Shown here: positions 55,553 to 64,000 of the stretch, one piece after another | How the letters are laid out: each line of letters begins with the position of its first letter | Numbering within the stretch: position 1 is the first letter of the stretch | Assembly (NCBI GenBank): GCA_016181405.1 | Contig: JACOZJ010000002.1 | Coordinates: 10,608-74,607 of the forward strand | Direction: 5' to 3' | DNA: 64,000 bases | From: Candidatus Wildermuthbacteria bacterium | Lineage (GTDB): Bacteria > Patescibacteriota > Minisyncoccia > Minisyncoccales > UBA10102 | Notes under the pieces: model-generated | The model's database searches: none | What the model was told of the DNA's origin: nothing | The model's input: only the letters and a program-made list of their open reading frames with translations | Program-made: the position numbers and the translations under genes

Positions 55553-56370
55553 AGCGGTATCCCTTGCATTAGTTTTTTTACTGTTGCCAAATTCGTCTTT
55601 GCTTCTTCTGCGGGAACCGGCGTAATACATGTTTCTAAGGTAAGCAACCCTCCGTATCCTATCTCTTTCAGCGCTTCGAAAGCGTCGATCAGTTCTTTTG
55701 TGTGTGCACCAAGCCGCACATTTTTTCCGTTTTCTTTATCTTTTACGTGAACATGAGTTATCAGAGTTCCCAAACTCCTAATGTCTTCTTGCACCGGAAA
55801 GCCGTTTCCAATACTGTTGCCAATGTCATAGCACATTCCGATGGCGCCAAACGAAAATTCTTCAAATGCTCCCACAATATCTTTTGCGGGTAGCAGTACT
55901 TCCAAGGCAAAACGCAGACCCTTCTGCTGCAATAGTTCATCAAATGGGGTCAAAGCCGCAAGCGCTTGCTTGAGTTCTTCGGCTGAATGGATCTGATTTT
56001 CGTCGAAAAACGGCATTATCACCAAAAATCCAGCTTGCCCTTCTATCAACTGCAGCAAATCTCTTATGCGCTCCTTAAACTCGACAGGATTGCCCAGCAA
56101 CGAATACTTACACAGTTGATCAGCACATAAAGAAGTACACTGCAGGCCAGCACGCAAAATACTGGCAAAAACTTCTTGCTTTTGGGTTTTGAGCAAATCG
56201 CGCAAGCGATTTTCTTTATCATCCAATAGCTCAATGTGGTCAAAGCCCAGCTCTTTTGCCGTGCGAAACTCTTCCTCCCAACGCTCGGGGAAAACCTGCA
56301 GTCGCTCCAAAGTTTGGGGCACCACCCTTCCCTGCATTATACCGATACTGTTTTGCATTTCTTCTGCCAT
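55549..56370 (-). CDS. Sugar phosphate isomerase/epimerase (TIM barrel)
   Basis: GIMQGR, YDIGN, HVHVKD, LE. Confidence 0.85.
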   Translation of the reverse strand: MAEEMQNSIGIMQGRVVPQTLERLQVFPERWEEEFRTAKELGFDHIELLDDKENRLRDLLKTQKQEVFASILRAGLQCTSLCADQLCKYSLLGNPVEFKERIRDLLQLIEGQAGFLVIMPFFDENQIHSAEELKQALAALTPFDELLQQKGLRFALEVLLPAKDIVGAFEEFSFGAIGMCYDIGNSIGNGFPVQEDIRSLGTLITHVHVKDKENGKNVRLGAHTKELIDAFEALKEIGYGGLLTLETCITPVPAEEAKTNLATVKKLMQGIPL

Positions 56371-56373
56371 AGG

Positions 56374-57033
56374 TTATGTCTTGATAATATATTGCGGTGT
56401 TTTGCAAAACGGAAACTGATGAATTTCCACGCCCTGGCCCTGAAAGTAATCATCCACTGCTTTGGTTTCCCCTGGAAATCTGCCATAATCGTCCAGAATA
56501 AGCACACCCCCTTTCTCTAATTTTGGATACAAATACTGCAGCACCGTGACGCTTGGCTCATAAATATCAACATCCAGATTAATAAGCGAAAACTTCATAT
56601 CGGGATGCAAAGCCGCATATTCTGGAACTGTTTTGGTAATATCTCCCGCCACAAGCTCCGCATCTTGCCCCAAACCCTTATGCTGAAGCGCAGTTTGCAG
56701 CTGCTCTACGGTGATGCTTTCTGCCCCTGCGTCATCAATAAATTTTTGGCGTGGGCCCTTGTCTCCCTCAAAACTGGTCTCTGGAAACATGCCAAAGGTA
56801 TCGAATCCAATCACTTTTTTGGGCATCTCGCCAAACAACTTTTGGAACATGGCAAAACGCACCAGCGCCACCCCCTTAAATACTCCACACTCTGCTATAT
56901 CGCCCGCGATGCCGCTCGACAGTTTATACAACTCATAGTGAGCTGCCATTTTTGCCATGCGAGAAGAATCGCACGAAAGATAAAAATCGTTTTCGTAGTC
57001 AAACGCTTTGTTAAAATCAGGCAATGAAATCAT
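56374..57033 (-). CDS. TylF/MycF-family O-methyltransferase-like
   Basis: ECGVFKG, GFDTF, LDVDIYEP, DDY. Confidence 0.85.
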   Translation of the reverse strand: MISLPDFNKAFDYENDFYLSCDSSRMAKMAAHYELYKLSSGIAGDIAECGVFKGVALVRFAMFQKLFGEMPKKVIGFDTFGMFPETSFEGDKGPRQKFIDDAGAESITVEQLQTALQHKGLGQDAELVAGDITKTVPEYAALHPDMKFSLINLDVDIYEPSVTVLQYLYPKLEKGGVLILDDYGRFPGETKAVDDYFQGQGVEIHQFPFCKTPQYIIKT

Positions 57034-57050
57034 ATGATGAAATACATTTA

Positions 57051-57755
57051 TTATTTTACTCCTTTCCCAATAAGCATTTGCTCTTTGGAGAACCGGACGA
57101 AAACACGCGACCTCATTTCATCTGCGTCGCGAAAACGCAAAGAATCAGGAAGCAACGCGATAATACGAGGCACAAACCGCAAAAATGGATATTTCCATAC
57201 GAACGGCAGCTGGAAGAACCTAAAACATTCTACTTCCTGAAGGTTCTTGAGCTTTAACGCGTTCTGAAGGCTTTTTCTGGAAAAGGGCCGCACATGGGTA
57301 TAATCATCCCAGAAAAACTTCATTTGCGACTGCCAATCAGGAGTCATTAACACCACAATTCCGCCGGGCTTTAATACGCGGAACGATTCGTCGAGAAAAT
57401 TATCCGTGTTGTACACATGTTCGATAACGGATTTCGAGAAGATGAAATCGAAAGAATTATCCTCAAAAGGAAATCGATCCTTTTCAATGTCGCACTCTCG
57501 AATATCGAAGTAATCTAAAATCTCTACGCACTCCTCTCTTTTATCGATACCAAAAGCCTCAATCCCATGCCTTGAAAAAGCCACCAAATGATTCCCCTTG
57601 CCGCTTCCAATATCCAAAAGCTTTTTCTTGCCGTCGGGATGAGAGTCCATATACGATTTGAAAAATCGCTCATAGAGATAATCACAGAGCTTTTGCGGAT
57701 ATTCGTTTGCTCCATACTCTTCTCTAAAATATACTGTTTCCAAATAATTAGGCAT
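57051..57755 (-). CDS. Class I SAM-dependent methyltransferase
   Basis: LDIGSG, VIEH, LKPGG. Confidence 0.9.
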   Translation of the reverse strand: MPNYLETVYFREEYGANEYPQKLCDYLYERFFKSYMDSHPDGKKKLLDIGSGKGNHLVAFSRHGIEAFGIDKREECVEILDYFDIRECDIEKDRFPFEDNSFDFIFSKSVIEHVYNTDNFLDESFRVLKPGGIVVLMTPDWQSQMKFFWDDYTHVRPFSRKSLQNALKLKNLQEVECFRFFQLPFVWKYPFLRFVPRIIALLPDSLRFRDADEMRSRVFVRFSKEQMLIGKGVK

Positions 57756-58515
57756 AGGTAGTTAATTTTTGATTTTCTAAAAAGCGTAAAAGAGGTCGGA
57801 ATTTCTCTTCTCCGAGCAGCTTCTCGGCAAAAGCAATATCTTCTCTTCGGTCGATATCCGCTACGCGTTCGGTGATAAACGCGCGTATGCGAAGACCATG
57901 GAGCATACCGGTCTGCTGCAACACTTCCGGCCGTATTACGTCCACATACCCATTCGGATTGTATGTTTTTGGAAGAAATTGTCTTCCCCGATTGTAATAC
58001 TCTTCGTTTTGTGCAAAATCTTCCTGCCCAAAAAAATGAATATACTCGCCCTCTTTTCGAAACAGCTTATAGGCGGTGTGTTCTGACTCATGCGCGCTGC
58101 GAAGAGCAGTAGCGTGTTCGTCGCCAATGATCTCTTTGATGGCCTTATCAATAAGCGCGGGCTCTCGCAACGGAGTGGTAGGACGAAGATGCACAACCAG
58201 ATCTGGCACATATCCTTCGTATTCTTGCAGCCAGTCAAAAGCGTGACGAAAAAACTCGATATCTGGAGAATCGTCTCTGGCATATTCTGCCGGCCGCAGA
58301 AAAGGAACTTGGACGCCGTAGTGTTTTGCAACTTCCGCTATCTCTGAAGAATCTGTACTCACCAAAACTCTTGAAATATACGGCGACATTTTGGCGGCAG
58401 CTATAGAATAGGCAATCAACGGAAACCCGCCCAAATCAACAATGTTTTTCTTGGGTATGGATTTTGAACCCCCGCGTGCCGGTATCAAAGCTAAAATCTT
58501 TTTATCTTTATGCAT
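57748..58515 (-). CDS. neuA: Acylneuraminate cytidylyltransferase
   Basis: IPARGGSKSIPKKN, STDS, LRPTTPLR. Confidence 0.92.
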   Translation of the reverse strand: MHKDKKILALIPARGGSKSIPKKNIVDLGGFPLIAYSIAAAKMSPYISRVLVSTDSSEIAEVAKHYGVQVPFLRPAEYARDDSPDIEFFRHAFDWLQEYEGYVPDLVVHLRPTTPLREPALIDKAIKEIIGDEHATALRSAHESEHTAYKLFRKEGEYIHFFGQEDFAQNEEYYNRGRQFLPKTYNPNGYVDVIRPEVLQQTGMLHGLRIRAFITERVADIDRREDIAFAEKLLGEEKFRPLLRFLENQKLTTYA

Positions 58516-59980
58516 AGAGCTGTTTAAAATATTTCGATACAACAAACTTCCGCAGACCCAAAAAGGCTGTCAGATACACTGCCGCGCCAACAAGAATCAA
58601 CAGCACAACATGCATGTGAGATAAAAGCAGATATTGCAGTGTCACATACATAAGAAATGCTGAAAAACCGGACGTCAACACCGTAAACCCAACGCGTGCA
58701 AGAGGAAACCGTAAAGTGGTAAACTTTTTTACAAAAACCATAATAACTATCAAAAGCAAGCTATAAGTAGCTACCGTTGCCCCTGCTGCTCCATACAAAC
58801 TGTACCGGGGGATAAGAATTAGATTTAGAGCTACATTTATTCCAGCTCCAGCAAGCGTAATCCAAAACATTTTCCCTTCATGATTTAAGATAATCATTAC
58901 ATCGTTAAACGGCCTATACAAGAAATTAAGCCCCGCGGTTACGACTAAAAATTGAAGGGCCAAAATAGCGGGCGTGAAATCTGCAGTGTATAGAAAGAGG
59001 ATAATGGTTGATGCTAACACGATTCCACCCGTTACCAAGGGGAAAGCAAGCGCAAGCATTATTTCCAACTCGTAGTCCCACATTTTCTGGAAAAGTCGTC
59101 CTGACTCTTTAGACAGCTTGCTTAGGGCAGGATAAAAACTCGAGGCGATAAGGCCCATGAGGATTAAAGCCAACAATACAATTCTTTGGGCAGCATTATA
59201 CCACCCTGTTTCCGCAAACATACCCGAGTAGCCAAGCATTACTGAATCGGTATATGCATACAGCATGGCAAATGTACTACTTAACGCTAACGGTAAAGAC
59301 ATTTTTAAATACTTTTTCCAGATAGAAATATCATATTTCAACTTCAGGCGGAAAATCTTTCTTTCGAAGAAAACATATGTCGCCAAGAGAGCCAAAAAAG
59401 CAGATACAAGATATACGTAGCTTAAGTTCTGAGGTGAAGGGAAACGGAACAAAACAAATAATCCCAAACTTAACATAAGCAGCATCTGGACGCTCTCCAG
59501 CAAAGCCTCATATTCCATTTTCTGTCGTGCGTGGAAAAAAGAGTACGCAGTACCGATAAGACTATTCAGTAACAAGAAAATCCCTATGATTACAGTAAGT
59601 ATACGTACTTCCGACGATGAAATCGTCAAAAAACTTACTGTTGCAATCAAGATGAATGTTAATAGAACCAATATAATTTTCAAACTAAGGATTGCATAGA
59701 ATTCGTCTTCCCCTTCCTCTTTTTTTGCAAATTCACGCGTAATGATAGAGGGCAATCCAAGATGGGAAAGTATGGTAAAGAGAGATGCAAAAGCCAATGC
59801 AAAGGTGATTTGTCCATACCCTTCAGCTCCCAAAATGCGGGCGGCATAAATCAACAAAACAAAAGAAAGCAGCTTGTTAACCATACTACCTGCCGACCCC
59901 CAAACAACATTTTTAAAAATCGTCTGCTTGAGCGTTCCGTTCGTGAACAAGAGATTTTTTATTTCGATCCCGTAATTCAT
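58508..59980 (-). CDS. wzx: Wzx polysaccharide flippase
   Basis: Many TM helices, ARILG...YG, GWYNAA. Confidence 0.88.
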   Translation of the reverse strand: MNYGIEIKNLLFTNGTLKQTIFKNVVWGSAGSMVNKLLSFVLLIYAARILGAEGYGQITFALAFASLFTILSHLGLPSIITREFAKKEEGEDEFYAILSLKIILVLLTFILIATVSFLTISSSEVRILTVIIGIFLLLNSLIGTAYSFFHARQKMEYEALLESVQMLLMLSLGLFVLFRFPSPQNLSYVYLVSAFLALLATYVFFERKIFRLKLKYDISIWKKYLKMSLPLALSSTFAMLYAYTDSVMLGYSGMFAETGWYNAAQRIVLLALILMGLIASSFYPALSKLSKESGRLFQKMWDYELEIMLALAFPLVTGGIVLASTIILFLYTADFTPAILALQFLVVTAGLNFLYRPFNDVMIILNHEGKMFWITLAGAGINVALNLILIPRYSLYGAAGATVATYSLLLIVIMVFVKKFTTLRFPLARVGFTVLTSGFSAFLMYVTLQYLLLSHMHVVLLILVGAAVYLTAFLGLRKFVVSKYFKQLYA

Positions 59981-61296
59981 AAAGCAGCTTGTGCAAGCAT
60001 TATGTTATTTACCGCATCCAAAACGTCTTGAGCTCTTCCGTCTGGCTCTACCTTACACCTTGCATCTTTCCCTGCGTACCCTGTTTGTACCAATACTGTT
60101 TTGCAGCCAGCGTTCTTGCCGGCCAAAATATCCACCGTCTGGTCTCCTATCATATAGGATCTCTTGAGATCTATATGAAAATCTTTTTGCGCCTCCAGCA
60201 AAAGACCGGGTTTTGGCTTCCTGCAGTTACATTCGATTTTTAATTCGGGTCTCTCACCGTCAAACCCCTTTTCCGGGTGGTGAAAACAATAATACGCAGC
60301 GTCTATCTTGGCACCCCTCTTTCCCAGCTCCGTTTCCAGTTTTTTCTGTATTTCTTGCACATCCTTCTCTGACATAAATCCTTTGGCGACCATGGGTTGA
60401 TTGGAAACTACGATTGCCATAAAATCATTCTCATTAATTTTCTTCACCGCTTCCGGTGTAAAATCATACATTTTGAAATCCTCACTCTTCGAAAGCTGGT
60501 CAACTTCTTCATTGAGCACTCCATCACGGTCAAGAAAAATTGCTCGTCTTTTATTTTTCAAACTCATTCTAGATATTTTTCCGGATTCATAATCTTTTCT
60601 TACTTCTTCTAACCTATTGGGCGTACCCATATCCTTAATGTATTCTGGCGTATTGTAGGCATAGAGGCGTTCTTTTGCCTGCAAAAGCTTTGGCAAAATA
60701 TCTTTCTCTATGTCGGATTTTTCTCCTTTGGGTATATAAGGGAAAATGCTTGGCGAAAAAATGTACAGGGAGGCAATGCTTAAGTTGCGAAACACGAGGT
60801 CCTCTGCGTGCGGCCTTCGCAAAAGCGCCAATACCCTTCCTTCCTCATCCGCTTCCACCAGGTCTGAATCAAACGGGTGGTCATTCGGATGAACCATGAG
60901 AGATGCGATTCCCTCTTTTTGTGCGTGCCGATCTGCGAATCTCTGGAGGTCAACGTTTACCATGACATCTCCCGACAGCATCAAAAAATCTTCTTGTATT
61001 TCCCCCTCAAGCTGCTTGAGCGCGCCTGCAGTACCCAAAGGCTGCTCCTCATGGAGAAAATGCAAAACAACTCCCCAATCCTTTTGCTCGGCAAAATGCC
61101 GTATTTGCTCTCCTAAATAGCCGAGCAGCAGCCAAATCTCTTTGACTCCCTGTTCTCGTAAAAGCTCAATTTGATGCTGGATAATCGGCTTCTCCCCAAT
61201 TTCCACCAGGGCTTTGGGCGTATTGTTGGTAAAAGTCGCCAAACGCGTTCCCTTCCCCCCAGCTACGATAACTGCTCTTGTAATGCTATTTGACAT
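59977..61296 (-). CDS. Fused nucleotidyltransferase (HddC-like) and heptose bisphosphate phosphatase (GmhB-like)
   Basis: AGGKGTRL..PK, PLGTAG, DMGT; then FLDRDG, CFHHP, CNCRKP, IGD. Confidence 0.9.
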   Translation of the reverse strand: MSNSITRAVIVAGGKGTRLATFTNNTPKALVEIGEKPIIQHQIELLREQGVKEIWLLLGYLGEQIRHFAEQKDWGVVLHFLHEEQPLGTAGALKQLEGEIQEDFLMLSGDVMVNVDLQRFADRHAQKEGIASLMVHPNDHPFDSDLVEADEEGRVLALLRRPHAEDLVFRNLSIASLYIFSPSIFPYIPKGEKSDIEKDILPKLLQAKERLYAYNTPEYIKDMGTPNRLEEVRKDYESGKISRMSLKNKRRAIFLDRDGVLNEEVDQLSKSEDFKMYDFTPEAVKKINENDFMAIVVSNQPMVAKGFMSEKDVQEIQKKLETELGKRGAKIDAAYYCFHHPEKGFDGERPELKIECNCRKPKPGLLLEAQKDFHIDLKRSYMIGDQTVDILAGKNAGCKTVLVQTGYAGKDARCKVEPDGRAQDVLDAVNNIMLAQAAL

Positions 61297-61804
61297 AATG
61301 CCCCGCTTTATCTCTTTCCGACAAAATAGGATTTTGTATCGGCCATGAAATGTTAAATCTAGGATCATCCCACCTATAGCTGAATTGGCGTCCATGGGTA
61401 AAATACGTCGATTGTTTGTAGCTGAATAAACCGTCGGGGCTTAGAACCAAATAGGCGTTGCCGTGCTTCGGGGGAACAAAGATCTGCATTCTGTTTTCGT
61501 CAGACAAGATGAAAGACTGCCATTTGCCAAAATCTTTTGACTCTTCGTCGCAATTCACGACCACAAAATATAGCTTTCCATATAAGCATGACAGCAACTT
61601 GGCAGTTTCGTTGTCCCCATGAATTCCCCGCAAAACATCTTTCTTTGAGTAAGAAATATCATCCTGTACAAACGTCGCGTCAATGCCGTTTTCCTTATAG
61701 AGTTTCTCTGAATACGTTTCGACAAACTGCCCGCGGAAATCCGTGAAGATATCGGGGACTACCTGCAGCACTCCTTCTAAATTTGTTTTTGAAACTTGAA
61801 TCAT
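61286..61804 (-). CDS. rmlC: RmlC-like nucleotide-sugar 3,5-epimerase
   Basis: DFRG.F.E, VLRGIH, WDDP, LSERD. Confidence 0.85.
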   Translation of the reverse strand: MIQVSKTNLEGVLQVVPDIFTDFRGQFVETYSEKLYKENGIDATFVQDDISYSKKDVLRGIHGDNETAKLLSCLYGKLYFVVVNCDEESKDFGKWQSFILSDENRMQIFVPPKHGNAYLVLSPDGLFSYKQSTYFTHGRQFSYRWDDPRFNISWPIQNPILSERDKAGHYVK

Positions 61805-61808
61805 GCGC

Positions 61809-62981
61809 TCATTTTATATGGGTTTCTAAAAATTCTTTTATGGTTTGCATGAAGTACTCGATATGCTCTTCTGTTATATCCTGATGCACGCCGATGTGAA
61901 GCCCATTGTTTCCAATAAATTCTGCGTTTGGAAACTCGCCTGCCTTATGCCCCAAAAACTCAAATCCTTTACATTGCGTCGGCATGGAAGAAAAGAGCTG
62001 TCGTGCGTCAATTTCCTTTTCTTCAATGTATTCGTAGAGCTCACCTCTTGTGAATGGAGCGCCCTCTGCCACTACAAACGGAAAAGCGTGCGGCCCGATT
62101 TGCTCATGCGCTTCTTCCCGAAACGTCGTAAGATAGGGCTTAAACGCCTCAAATTTTTTCATAAAGCTCAACAGATTTTTCCTTCGGATTGCCAATACTT
62201 TCTCGTATATCTCCAAACTTCCCACACCAACTGCTGCTTCCAGATCATTCATTTTCGCGGAATATCCTATTCTGCTGAATAGAAAGCGGTCTGGGCAATG
62301 GCCAAACTTCGCATTGGAACTGCATACTTGGCAGTGGCAGAATTTGCCGTGGTTACGCAACGCCCTTGCGATATCGGCAAAATCACTGTTGTCCGTGGTA
62401 ATCATGCCTCCTTCCACACTCGAAACCAAATGCGCAACATATGTACTGAAAGCCCCCATATCGCCAATAGAACCAACGTTTTTACCCTTATATATGGCAC
62501 CGTGCGCTTCAGCCGCGTCTTCTATAACATACAGGCCATGCTGCTTTGCTATTTGGCAAATAGCGTCCATGTCTGCCGGTTTCCCCATTAGGTGAACTGG
62601 CATAATGGCTTTTGTCTTTTCCGTAATGGCCTCCTCAATCTTAGTAGGATCGATATTATAGGTTTCTCTCTTCACATCAACAAAAACCGGGATAAATCCA
62701 GCGTGCAACACCGCGTTTCCTGTAGATACAAAGGATAGAGCCGGCACGATAATTTCATCTCCCCGTTTTGCGCCAAAATCATGCAACACCGCCAGAGCTA
62801 TTGTGTCAGCGTCGGTGCCGGAACTTACTGCTACTACTTCTTTTACTCCAACTATTTTTGCAAACCCTTGCTCAAACTCCTTTACATATTTGCCATTGGA
62901 AACTCGCCCCGAATCCAGCGCCTCATTTACCAACTCTTTCGCTTTGGGAGTAATTGATATGGTACCAAAAGGAATTCTCAT
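61809..62981 (-). CDS. DegT-family PLP enzyme with His in place of catalytic Lys (3-dehydratase, ColD-like)
   Basis: EDAAEAHG, STYVAH..SVEGG. Confidence 0.8.
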   Translation of the reverse strand: MRIPFGTISITPKAKELVNEALDSGRVSNGKYVKEFEQGFAKIVGVKEVVAVSSGTDADTIALAVLHDFGAKRGDEIIVPALSFVSTGNAVLHAGFIPVFVDVKRETYNIDPTKIEEAITEKTKAIMPVHLMGKPADMDAICQIAKQHGLYVIEDAAEAHGAIYKGKNVGSIGDMGAFSTYVAHLVSSVEGGMITTDNSDFADIARALRNHGKFCHCQVCSSNAKFGHCPDRFLFSRIGYSAKMNDLEAAVGVGSLEIYEKVLAIRRKNLLSFMKKFEAFKPYLTTFREEAHEQIGPHAFPFVVAEGAPFTRGELYEYIEEKEIDARQLFSSMPTQCKGFEFLGHKAGEFPNAEFIGNNGLHIGVHQDITEEHIEYFMQTIKEFLETHIK

Positions 62982-63970
62982 ATGTGTGAGTTATGGTAAA
63001 TAATTTGGCTGCCTCCATTTTCAAACTTGCATTTCACCTCCAAAAAATCCTTAAGCTCCCTTCTTACACTTTCCTGCTTCTCCGGGGGAATAAAGAGCAG
63101 CATAAATCCTCCACCGCCCGCTCCCAAAAGCTTTCCGCCGACAGCTCCAACCCTTATTGCCCTTTCATAAAGCACATCTATTTCTGGGGTCGATATCTTA
63201 TCTGTTAAACTTTTTTTCAGCTGCCATGACTCTCCTAGCAATTTCCCAAATTCTGAAATGTTTCTTTGCTCGTCCTGCAAGATGCGTATTCCCTCATTCA
63301 CCATATCGCTCATTTCCTGCAGTTCTTTTTGCTTTTGCGGCGTCTTTTCAATCTGCTCTTTCGCCACTTCCGATGCGTATCGGGAAAATCCCGTGAAATA
63401 AAGAACAATGTGCGACTCCAACTCTTTCCTCCTTGCCTCACTCACGGCCACGGGTTGAACACTCACGTCATTGGTTGCAGAAAACACGAGTTTATTCAAC
63501 CCCCCATATGTGACTGCCACTTGATCTTGGGAGCCAACATTTTCTTTGAGCACGTCCCGTTCCAAATGAATTGCTTCTCTTGCTAATTCCTCCTTTGTAA
63601 CGTTCTGCCCCCGCAAGCCGTGCAAAGCGTGCAGTAAACCCACGGTAAAGGCGGAACTCGACCCCAAACCGGTACGCGCAGGCAAATCTCCATCATGATG
63701 AATAGATAAACCCTTATCAATTTTGAAAAATTCCAAAGCCGCCCTTACGGCAGGATGCAAAATCTCATTAGTATCGTTCACCGTCTCAATCTTGGAATAT
63801 ACAATCCGATGCTTATAGGGGAAAAAAGGCGGAAAATACCGAACGCTCAAATAGCAATACTTGTCTATGGCAGTAGACAACACTTGCCCTCCGTGTTCTT
63901 TAAACCAAACCGGGTAGTCGGTCCCTCCTCCAAAAAAAGATATGCGAAATGGAGTTTTACTGATGATCAT
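62978..63970 (-). CDS. hddA: GHMP kinase, D-glycero-alpha-D-manno-heptose-7-phosphate kinase
   Basis: TPFRISFFGGGTD, GLGSS, GSQDQ, GAGGGG. Confidence 0.88.
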   Translation of the reverse strand: MIISKTPFRISFFGGGTDYPVWFKEHGGQVLSTAIDKYCYLSVRYFPPFFPYKHRIVYSKIETVNDTNEILHPAVRAALEFFKIDKGLSIHHDGDLPARTGLGSSSAFTVGLLHALHGLRGQNVTKEELAREAIHLERDVLKENVGSQDQVAVTYGGLNKLVFSATNDVSVQPVAVSEARRKELESHIVLYFTGFSRYASEVAKEQIEKTPQKQKELQEMSDMVNEGIRILQDEQRNISEFGKLLGESWQLKKSLTDKISTPEIDVLYERAIRVGAVGGKLLGAGGGGFMLLFIPPEKQESVRRELKDFLEVKCKFENGGSQIIYHNSHI

Positions 63971-64000
63971 AATGCTCTTTATACCAAGCCATGGTTCTTT
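63957..64000 (-). CDS. C-terminal end of a probable NAD-dependent epimerase/reductase (partial)
   Basis: ...RTMAWYKEHYDHQ*; T..WY ending typical of extended SDRs. Confidence 0.5.
   Translation of the reverse strand, partial: RTMAWYKEHYDHQ

Noticed and set aside
231..63586. Numerous plus-strand and nested ORFs in the six-frame track (e.g. 231-686, 12693-13373, 43273-44256)
   Set aside because: They overlap well-supported genes or RNAs on the opposite strand or another frame and have no recognisable motifs.
1..64000. CRISPR array, prophage, IS element, retron or rRNA
   Set aside because: No regularly spaced repeats, cas, phage structural, transposase, integrase, reverse transcriptase or rRNA sequence was recognised.
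1..64000. Recoded TGA (genetic code 25)
   Set aside because: Conserved genes are full length under code 11 and several end in TGA overlapping the next ATG.

Overview
Chromosomal fragment of a small-genome bacterium, most consistent with Patescibacteria/CPR (Parcubacteria-like). This is inferred from gene content and style; TGA acts as a stop. About 1-26.8 kb is mostly minus-strand housekeeping: tRNA-Gly, FtsB-like, lepA, murJ, RNase P RNA, rnhA, a DHH nuclease, pgk, a VirB4/HerA-like ATPase pair, secDF, secA, murB and a PIF1-like helicase. About 26.8-64 kb is a large surface-glycan locus covering GDP-heptose, a NeuAB ulosonic acid, CDP-3,6-dideoxyhexose, two split transketolases, a GT10 and a flippase. 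The most unusual signals are: (1) self-contained, visibly GC-richer promoter-SD-gene-hairpin cassettes, mostly antisense, in a backbone that looks largely leaderless, including one emptied cassette copy; (2) a serine hydrolase gene flanked by an exact 47-bp duplication of the rnhA 3' end with no recombinase in the window; (3) two tandem, mutually complementary candidate small RNAs upstream of the helicase; (4) an atypical CAT-anticodon tRNA-like RNA; (5) a 27-aa protamine-like ORF absent from the ORF track; (6) REP-like insertions in RNase P RNA plus in-frame heptamer and palindrome inserts in enzymes; and (7) an RfbH/DdhC homologue lacking all four Fe-S ligands. All calls are by eye; no searches were run.
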